Shown: piece after piece, positions 56,392-64,000 of the stretch
How positions within the stretch are numbered: the first letter of the stretch is position 1
Layout of the letters: the number at the start of each line of letters is the position of its first letter
Assembly: GCA_040388985.1 (NCBI GenBank)
Contig: JAZKAU010000002.1
Span: 311,642 to 375,641 of the forward strand
DNA length: 64,000 bases
Direction: 5' to 3'
DNA from: Patescibacteria group bacterium
GTDB taxonomy: Bacteria > Patescibacteriota > Minisyncoccia > Phycocordibacterales > Phycocordibacteraceae
Notes under the pieces: model-generated
What the model saw: the letters and a program-made list of their open reading frames with translations, nothing else
Told to the model about the DNA's origin: nothing
The model's database searches: none
Made by a program: the position numbers and the translations under genes

Positions 56392-58170
56392 ATGACCAAT
56401 GAGTTCCGAGAAATCCTCCTAGGGCTCAAGAGAGTATCTTCATTGCTAGCCAAGGAAGAGAAGCGGTCGCTGCTTATCGCGACGGTGATTATGCTCGTCA
56501 CGGGTTTCCTGGCGAACGTCCCGGCTCTCGTTCTCGGGCGGTTCGTTGATACGATCGTCCATCTCGAACATCCGACGTTCAGTATCGCGATACCATTTCT
56601 GATCATTATCGTCATCGCGGTCGTGTCCAAAGAAGTGCTCACGGTCTTCCGCAAATACCTCGTCGAGAATGTCGCGACGCAGACCGAGAAGAAGCAGACG
56701 GTAAGTACGATAGAGCGCCTCCTTAAGACGGACATCGACTTCATAACCAAGAATCGCATCGGTGCGCTTCATGGAAGGATATTCCGGTCGATACAGGGCC
56801 TGGTGAAGCTCCTCAAACTGGGCTTCCTGGATTTCTTCCCAGCCTTCTTCGCGGCGCTTACCGCGCTTGCCATCGCCTTCTACCAGAAGCCGCCGCTCGC
56901 GGCGTTCATGATCCTCGTCATTCCGGTCGGCCTGTTCATCATCGTAAAGCAGGTGGCCTCTCAGAAGGGTGTTCGCGTATCGCTTCTGCGCGGCAAGGAA
57001 GACGTGGACGCCAAAGTTATCGAGATGATGGGCGGGCTTGAGACCATTCGTGTTCTCAACACTACTGACGTAGAGGTGAGAGGCATCGAGGCTATTACCG
57101 AACGGCTGCGAAAGATCGAGATCAAGCACCATATAGCCATGGCGCTCTATGACGCCGCGAAGTATCTGAACGAAGCGTTCTTCTACGTGCTGGTCGTTTC
57201 CATAGCCGTGTATTTTGCTGTCACGGGAACTATCTCAAACGGAGACATCCTCACCTACTCGATACTCTTCCTGAGCGTCATCAGCCCGCTCAGGGAAATC
57301 CATCGCATACTCGACGAGGCGCATGAAAGCTCGATACGTGTCCAGGACCTGTATGAGTTGCAGCATCAGCCGATAGACGCGTCATTTGGTGAGGAAGGTA
57401 TCGCTTCGACTCAGACGTCAGAGAATGCAATCGAAGCCCATAATCTTTCCTTCAGGTATGAAAAGGGTGGTCAGCTGATCCTGAATACTGTAAGCCTCTC
57501 TATAAAACGAGAAGAGAAGATAGGTCTCGTGGGAGCTTCGGGGCATGGGAAATCGACATTCGTGAAAGTACTGCTTCGACTGGTCCATGGATATGAAGGA
57601 AGTGTCATGCTATTCGGCAAAGACCTGGAAAAGATAAGTCGCGAGGAAATGGCGCGACAGATCGCCTATATTCCTCAGAAGAGCTATGTTTTCCGCGGAA
57701 CTGTACGGGATAACATCACCTATGGAAGCGGGCAAAGAATTACTGACGAGCAAGTCATCGAGGCGGCTCGAAAAGCGAATATCTTGGAGGAGATAGAGAG
57801 CTCGCTCGGTGGATTGGATGGGCAAGTAGCAGAAGGCGGCAACAATCTGAGCGGAGGACAGAGACAGAGGATCGCACTCGCGCGCCTCATGCTCCAGAAG
57901 CCGGAGCTACTCATTCTCGACGAGGCGACGTCAGCTCTCGATAATACGAATGAAGCTGTCGTCCAGAAGAATCTCGAACACGCATTCGCGGACGCCACCG
58001 TCATCGCGGTAGCTCATCGACTTACTACGCTCCAGAATATGGATCGAATACTCGTCTTCGAGAACGGCTCCATCGTCCAGGAGGGTACGTATCAAGAGCT
58101 CTCAGCGAGACCCGGCTTATTCAAGACCTTCCTGACGCAGCAGGATACAGGAAAGGACTCAGGAACGTAA
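56392..58170 (+). CDS. ABC transporter, fused permease/ATP-binding protein (exporter)
   Basis: 6 TM N-domain; Walker A GASGHGKST, LSGGQRQRIALARL, ILDEATSALD. Confidence 0.85.
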   Translation: MTNEFREILLGLKRVSSLLAKEEKRSLLIATVIMLVTGFLANVPALVLGRFVDTIVHLEHPTFSIAIPFLIIIVIAVVSKEVLTVFRKYLVENVATQTEKKQTVSTIERLLKTDIDFITKNRIGALHGRIFRSIQGLVKLLKLGFLDFFPAFFAALTALAIAFYQKPPLAAFMILVIPVGLFIIVKQVASQKGVRVSLLRGKEDVDAKVIEMMGGLETIRVLNTTDVEVRGIEAITERLRKIEIKHHIAMALYDAAKYLNEAFFYVLVVSIAVYFAVTGTISNGDILTYSILFLSVISPLREIHRILDEAHESSIRVQDLYELQHQPIDASFGEEGIASTQTSENAIEAHNLSFRYEKGGQLILNTVSLSIKREEKIGLVGASGHGKSTFVKVLLRLVHGYEGSVMLFGKDLEKISREEMARQIAYIPQKSYVFRGTVRDNITYGSGQRITDEQVIEAARKANILEEIESSLGGLDGQVAEGGNNLSGGQRQRIALARLMLQKPELLILDEATSALDNTNEAVVQKNLEHAFADATVIAVAHRLTTLQNMDRILVFENGSIVQEGTYQELSARPGLFKTFLTQQDTGKDSGT

Positions 58171-58218
58171 GCTATTCAAAATACTTTCCACCTTGATTCC
58201 GGGTGGTAGTATGCAGGT

Positions 58219-58701
58219 ATGAAAACTGACAAAGAAGGGAAGCTCGAGGAAGCTTCGTCGTTCCTGGTCGGACACGAGGCAGGGGTGTTAGCCACTATCT
58301 CGCAGACCGGAGGCGCGCGAGCGCGGCTGGTGTACTACACGTGCGATGATGCATTCAACGTCTATTTCATAACGCTCAAGAATACGCGCAAGGTGACCGA
58401 CATGATCTTCAACAGTAGCGCCGCATTCGTCGTCTCAGAAACAGAGATTCCCCGGACACTCCAGATGGAGGGAACCGTGTCGAATCTCAGCGATACGGCG
58501 ACAGATGATCCACTCCTTACCGACTTCGTACACAGGCTTATGGAACATAAGAAGTACGGCATACCGCTGGCGCACTTTGACGCGAGCGAGCTGCAATTCT
58601 ACAAATTCACGCCCGATTGGATTCGTTGGGGCGATTTCACGTTCGGACAGGGCACGGATGCCGTGTTCACCGAACTGCATCCTATCGAAGGGGATTCATA
58701 A
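58219..58701 (+). CDS. pyridoxamine 5'-phosphate oxidase-like FMN-binding protein (general stress protein 26-like)
   Basis: FLVGHEAGVLATISQTGGARARLVYY motif typical of PNPOx-like split-barrel. Confidence 0.6.
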   Translation: MKTDKEGKLEEASSFLVGHEAGVLATISQTGGARARLVYYTCDDAFNVYFITLKNTRKVTDMIFNSSAAFVVSETEIPRTLQMEGTVSNLSDTATDDPLLTDFVHRLMEHKKYGIPLAHFDASELQFYKFTPDWIRWGDFTFGQGTDAVFTELHPIEGDS

Positions 58702-58731
58702 TATATTGAATCTTTGAAACTAGAGCTTACA

Positions 58732-58807
58732 TTGCTACTAACCCGAGTGCTTGCGTATAAATAGAAAAGGGCCCGACGTACGCCGTACGTCGGACTCCTC
58801 TTGCCTC
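58732..58807. repeat. ~76-nt repeat with terminator hairpin, copy 1
   Basis: TTGCTACTAACCC..GCTTGCGT.TAAATAGAAAA.GGCCCGAC....CGTCGGA; ~85% identical to 59527-59601. Confidence 0.7.
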
Positions 58808-58840
58808 AGCTCCCTCGCGTTTAGCGGGGGAGCGTCAACC

Positions 58841-59371
58841 TCATTCGGATGGGACGGCGAGCCGCACCACTTCGATATACTCGCCCTTGCGCGAGAACGA
58901 GATCTTCGCGATCTGCCCGGGCTCCAGGTCGAGGTCGGGCCGCGGCTGACCCCTGCACGCCGAGAGCATCATCTCGGCGAGATAGGGGCTGACGTTCAGG
59001 AAGATCGAAGCGCCGGGCTTCGAAGCCTTGATGAGGGGGGTGATCTCGAAGATCGCATTCCTCGCCCTCATGCCGAAGAGATCGGGGTCCTTGTCGTAGA
59101 CGGCGGCGGCCAGGTTGCAGGGAATGGAATGCTCCGGCGGAACGAAGAGGTCCGAGGGATCTTCCGGATGCGGTCCGAGCGATGCAAGGGTATGCAGCCA
59201 GGCATAATCCGGGACCAGTTGCCGAGTCGACTCGACCGCCTCCCGAAGGGGCGAGCAGCCGACGAAGCTGAAGCTGGTGCCTGCCAGGCACGCCTCGCGA
59301 ACCCTTTCGGTGATAATCGCGTTCCCCGTATGGCAGCTGAGGAAGACAGTGATAGGCTTGGTCACGAGCAT
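58841..59371 (-). CDS. hypothetical protein, paralog of 59626..60279 (high-GC)
   Basis: shared LVPDY..., ...FL(N/T)..P.AEM...........LE.G.IA...F...G....L.RL.VP blocks. Confidence 0.5.
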   Translation of the reverse strand: MLVTKPITVFLSCHTGNAIITERVREACLAGTSFSFVGCSPLREAVESTRQLVPDYAWLHTLASLGPHPEDPSDLFVPPEHSIPCNLAAAVYDKDPDLFGMRARNAIFEITPLIKASKPGASIFLNVSPYLAEMMLSACRGQPRPDLDLEPGQIAKISFSRKGEYIEVVRLAVPSE

Positions 59372-59526
59372 CTCCTTGAAAATTGACCGTATGAAGTTGA
59401 ATCTGTGGTGTACACGCTCTACTCAGGCGCACATGCAGAGTCTTGAATACTGTAACATATTTAACAAGACAGGTCAATGATAGAATCATTGACCTACGGT
59501 ACGTATTCTCGAAGCTGAAGCTTTAG

Positions 59527-59601
59527 TTGCTACTAACCCTAGCGCTTGCGTGTAAATAGAAAAAGGCCCGACACACGCTGTGCGTCGGAACCCTTTTGCC
59601 T
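59527..59601. repeat. ~76-nt repeat with terminator hairpin, copy 2
   Basis: see copy 1. Confidence 0.7.
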
Positions 59602-59625
59602 CTCGCTCCAGGCGAGCAGGCTGCT

Positions 59626-60279
59626 TCACCCGGTCGGGACGGGGAGGCGAGTCAGGGCCACGAACTTGCCAGCTGGGGTGAACGCGAATCGGGCGATCTC
59701 GCCCTTCTCCAAGTCCTGCACGGGCTGATTCTGCTCGAGCGCCACCCCTATCCCCATTTCGGCGATAGGGCAGTGCGTGGTCAGGAAGACCGAATCGCCG
59801 GGATCGCACTCGTTGACGATTCTGTGGATCCCGAGGAACGCATCGAGCCCTTTCGCCCGTATGAGCAGGGGGGCTATGGTGCAGCAGGCCTGAGCTAAGA
59901 AGCCAACCGGAGCCGGCGCCATCGTCGCGAGGAACGACCAGTCCTCGTCGTCGTGCGGGCTGAGCCAGTCGAACGTCTCGATCTTGGTATAGTCCGGGAC
60001 CAGCAGCTGGGTGGACAAGATGCCGCGCTTCACCTGCGTGGAGCCGACGCGGCGGTACTTGATGCCGTTCAGATGTGCCATGCGGATGCGGTGAGCGCGC
60101 AGCCTGTGGCCGGGAGCGAGATCTGCCCCCAAGTCCCAGGTGTCCGTGCTCTTGGGCGGCACCTGCGGCAGATGCCGGGCGAGGTCGACGTGGATGTATT
60201 CGGGATGTGCGGGATCGATCAATGGTGCCTCCTCCGGCTGACCTTGTGAAGCTGGATGTGGTGTACGTTCTCTGCACAA
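59626..60279 (-). CDS. hypothetical protein, paralog of 58841..59371 (high-GC)
   Basis: see paralog. Confidence 0.5.
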   Translation of the reverse strand: MCRERTPHPASQGQPEEAPLIDPAHPEYIHVDLARHLPQVPPKSTDTWDLGADLAPGHRLRAHRIRMAHLNGIKYRRVGSTQVKRGILSTQLLVPDYTKIETFDWLSPHDDEDWSFLATMAPAPVGFLAQACCTIAPLLIRAKGLDAFLGIHRIVNECDPGDSVFLTTHCPIAEMGIGVALEQNQPVQDLEKGEIARFAFTPAGKFVALTRLPVPTG

Positions 60280-60375
60280 ACGAACTTGCAGAGTCCCTTA
60301 TAATATACCATCTGTAAAGATAGTAGTCAATGATTGCTTAATTTCGCCTCTGTCCAAGCCACCAAAGCTGTTGTA

Positions 60376-63300
60376 TGCTCAAAGCATTCATTAACGATAA
60401 TTTGCCGGTTGTGGGACTCACTAAACCCTTTGACGAGATAGGCAAAGACGATGCCGAGACAGCGGGCGGTAAGGGGGCGTCTCTCGGGGAAATGACGCAG
60501 GCAGGCATTCCAGTGCCTCCGGGGTTCGTGGTGCTGGCAGATGCCTTCGAACGCTTCATCGAAGAGACGGGACTCGTTGTCGAGATAGATGCGATTCTGG
60601 ATACGGTTGACCATGCAGCGATGCACACGGTCGAGAACGCGTCCGAACAGATTCAGGGTCTCATCCTCGCGGCCGCGATGCCGAACGACCTGCGAACAGA
60701 GATCGAGGAATCATTTGCGCGGCTTGATACGGAATTCGTCGCCGTGCGTTCGAGCGCGACCGCTGAGGACGGCGCGACTGCCGCCTGGGCCGGGCAGCTC
60801 GATACTTATTTGAATACGACGCAGTCGACGCTGCTTGAGAATGTGCAGCGATGCTGGGCTTCGCTCTTTACGCCGCGGGCCATCTTCTATCGCTTTGAGA
60901 AGGGACTTGATACGCAGAAGATATCGGTAGCGGTAGTGGTGCAGAAGATGGTCAACAGCGATGCCGCAGGCATCGCGTTCTCCGTTCATCCAGTGACCGA
61001 AGATTACAACCAGATGATCATAGAAGCCGGCTTCGGGCTCGGCGAGGCGGTCGTATCCGGCCAGATAACTCCCGATAGCTATGTTGTAACCAAGGACAAG
61101 CGAGAAATAATCGAGAAGAGCATCAGCGAGCAAGCGCAGGGACTCTTCCGAAAGTCCGGCGGGGGGAACGAGTGGCGCGATATCCCTCAGAGTGAAGGCA
61201 GCAAGCAAGTGCTTTCGGACGAGCAGATATTAGCGCTTGGCGAGACCCTCATAGGCATCGAACGGCATTATGACTTCCCGGTGGATACCGAGTGGGCGGT
61301 GGAAGGGAAGGAAGTGTATATCGTCCAAAGCCGTCCGATCACGACGCTCTCAACGCAAGAAAGAGAACTGGACACGGATAGTGATGTGGTCCAGCTAATG
61401 AATAGGAGCGGATCTTCGGTTACTCACGTCGTCGACAACTATACCCTCACGTTTGAAAGTGGTGGCATAGGTACTCTCATGAGCGAGATCATCTGCGCAG
61501 GATACCTGCCCGCTGGCTCACTCATTATTTATAGGAACGGTACCTACGAGCAGTACTACTCGAACGCCGGACTCGAGGAAATGGGTCCTAAGGGAATCGA
61601 GTTCTTCAGCATGGAAGGATACGCAGAACAGCTCGTGAAGGACTTGAAGGCTCTAATTGCTTCCGCTACAGATGCGAAGAAAGATACTTTTCAACGCTCG
61701 GATATAGAGAATCTTTTTAAGACATTCACCGAGATTCATAGGAAATATAACGCTTTTGACTTTGGGTACACTGACGGCGCGTATTCGGTGATGGATAGTA
61801 ACGATGTGGTTCGTAAGAACGTGGAGCGCGTTGAAGAAGAGAAGAATGCTATCCGCGAAGAATACAACATACTCTTCTTCGACGAGAACGGCGCGCTTGC
61901 AATCCTCTTGAAGAATCTCTCAGAACGATTCTCCGTACCGGTCTCGAATCTACAATGGTATATAGCTTCAGAATTGTTTGACCTACTCACGAGCAAGAAA
62001 GTAGCCGAGGATGTATTGGAAGAAAGAAAGCGCGCATATGTCTTCAGGAAGGCGGGGGAATCCGAAGAATATACGTTCTTGTACGGGAAAGATGCAATTA
62101 ATTTCAGTTCCAAGTTCGGTCAGATAAAAGTCGTGGAGGATAAAAGCCAGGTTATCCGGGGAGTAGTAGCTAGCGGAGGCAACATTGTACGCGGGGTAGT
62201 CTTCAATCTCACTACTGACTACTCGAACGTCGATCAGTTGCGAGCGCAGATGGCTCTGATGAAGCAGGGAGAGATACTCGTGGCCCCGACTACCGCACCG
62301 GAACATATGGATGCGATTCGGAAGTCAGCGGCTATGGTCGTGGACGTAGGAGGCATGCTATCGCATACGGCGATCGTGGGCCGTGAACTGGGCATACCGA
62401 GTATCGTAGGAACACAGTACGGTAGCAAGGTGTTTAAGACGGGAGACGAGGTTGAGGTCGATGCAGATACGGGCACGGTCCGGCTGATAGGCCGCTCCAC
62501 CAAGGAAGTCACGCTCGTGAAGTTCTTCTCAAGGGATCACTCGCTTTTCTATACCTATGTCTGGCGCACGAGCAATACGCAGAGGGCAAAGAAGTGGGTC
62601 GGATTAAATATTGAAGAAGCCCTCTACGCACATCCGGCGGGAGGGGACGTGGTGGAAGTCTGGTATTCGGATAATGAACTCAAGCGGTATGACGCTGCTA
62701 TCGCGGCAAAGATACTGAGTGATACAGAGTGGTTCCAAGCGCTCGCAGCGTATTTTGAGACTGAGTGGCAGGGCATGTTGAGACTCATACAGAAGAAGGA
62801 AGTGCTTACACGCGAAGAGCTTTCGGAATTCTATGACCACTGGGTGAACTGGTGGGATCCGATGGCGTTTACGATGCAGATTCCGGAGATCGAAGGTGTT
62901 CCTCAAGATATCAAAGACCAGGCATTCAACCTGCGAGCAAGTACGCAGGAATACTCAGATAGCGGAGACGAGTTATTCCACGCGTATATGCAGCAGAATC
63001 ACCCGGAACTCTCGAAGTATTTCTCCGTAGTGACGCCAGAGGAGGTATTCAGCGATACCTTTCCTTCGCATGACGTTCTCGAGCAGCGTCTAGGGGGCTG
63101 GTATATGACCAGCAGTGATTTCGGTCTTATAGACGACCTGCCAAGAGCCCTCAAGGAACGGAACTTCGTACTTGAAAAGGTAGATACGACCGCCATTAAG
63201 GAACTTACCGGACAAGTCGCCTATAAAGGAATCGCGCGGGGCAGGGTGCGGGTGCTCAGTCGTCGCGATCAGGTGTCCGAAGTACAGGAAGGGGAAATTC

Positions 63301-64000
63301 TCGTCGCCACGATGACAACTCCGGATTTCTTCCCAGCACTCCAGAAGGCAGCAGCGTTCATTACCGATGAAGGAGGTATCACGTGCCACGCCGCTATCGT
63401 CGCCCGCGAGATGAAGAAGCCGTGCATCATCGGTACGAAGATCGCGACACAAGTATTGCAGGATGGAGATGAGGTGGAAGTCGATGCAGATACTGGCGTC
63501 GTTCGAATCCTTCAAAAGGAAGACCATCAGCCATACGTGTTCTTTTACGAGTCCCAAGGATACGCCTTCATTCTCGAAGACATGATCATGTCGTCCTATG
63601 TTTCTTGGCCCATGATAGTGCTTGGGGTCGGAACACGGGTACGCAAGTACGTTCCGGCCGGTACGCCCGAAGAGTTGAAGGTGCAGGGACTTACTCACTC
63701 GGCCGAAGATCTCGAGACGAGACTGGCTAGCATTCAGGAGATACTTGGCGAGCTTCGCAGCATCTCTCTTACAGTTGACATGTCAAAGGAAGAATGTCTG
63801 GAGGTATTTGCGAAGATGGAAGAGATTCTTGAACTCTATTCATATTTCGATACCGCGTACTGCGAAGGGCTATACTCGGATGACCTGCAAGATCCTCGCG
63901 CGTTAGTGGTAGAGCAGTCGAAGAACGTGATACGAGACGACCTCGATGGAACATTCTTCAGGGAGAATGGCGTCTTGGATATGTTGCTTACTGCCGTCGG
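60376..64000 (+). CDS. PEP synthase/pyruvate,water dikinase-like multidomain protein (ATP-grasp PEP/pyruvate-binding N-domain + two PEP-utilising swivel His domains), 3' truncated by window end
   Basis: GGKGASLGEM, VAVRSSATAEDG, DTEWAVEGKEVYIVQSRPITT; swivel motifs GGMLSHTAIVGRELGIPSIVGT (~62340) and GGITCHAAIVAREMKKPCIIGT (~63370); not in ORF track because no stop in window. Confidence 0.8.

Noticed and set aside
58751-60277. Alternative-frame ORFs 58751-59386 (+), 58821-59489 (-), 59486-60277 (-), 59596-59898 (+) in the high-GC segment
   Set aside because: They are typical GC-rich open-frame artefacts (Arg/Pro/Gly-rich). The chosen frames are supported by paralogy between the two genes.

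Overview
Bacterial chromosomal window (GC roughly 55% by eye) that mixes housekeeping genes with several accessory regions. I saw no CRISPR array or rRNA.

Housekeeping genes include prfB-ftsE-ftsX, pyrG, seven tRNAs (Met, Asp, Thr x2, Gln, Cys, and an odd tRNA-Met region) and ABC exporters. Gene density is high and many promoters look leaderless.

The main accessory region is a composite island of about 16.4 kb inserted at the 3' end of tRNA-Gln. It is bounded by a perfect 27-bp direct repeat (24006-24032 and 40422-40448).
- The left half carries heavy-metal and thiol-redox cargo: a CDF transporter, a P1B-type ATPase, a BdbC/BdbD-like DsbB/DsbA pair, two DUF305 proteins, a LysM-M23 peptidase and paralogous small Cys-pair membrane proteins.
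- The right half looks like a phage satellite. It has a large serine recombinase, terminase large and small subunits and a ParB-DNA methyltransferase fusion, but no capsid or tail genes.
- The right half also carries a minimal CBASS-like module: a cGAS/DncV-like nucleotidyltransferase (SMODS-type CD-NTase) followed by a 2-TM effector.
- Downstream is a second, partial copy of a ~115-nt structured repeat and a small remnant element.

Other notable loci:
- A five-gene cluster (7811-11723) made only of kinases and histidine phosphatases, resembling a split PFK-2/FBPase-2.
- A tRNA-Met followed by a 180-nt GC-rich structured segment that re-creates the tRNA 3' end with CCA.
- A free-standing LAGLIDADG endonuclease abutting tRNA-Gln.
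- A class II Fic protein.
- An N-terminally shortened RF2 with no frameshift.
- A high-GC tandem gene-plus-terminator duplication (58.7-60.3 kb).
- A truncated giant PEP-synthase-like protein with two swivel domains.

All calls rest on motif recognition in the supplied ORF translations and on reading the sequence by hand. No database search was run. Hand-derived coordinates for RNA genes and repeats may be off by a few nt.
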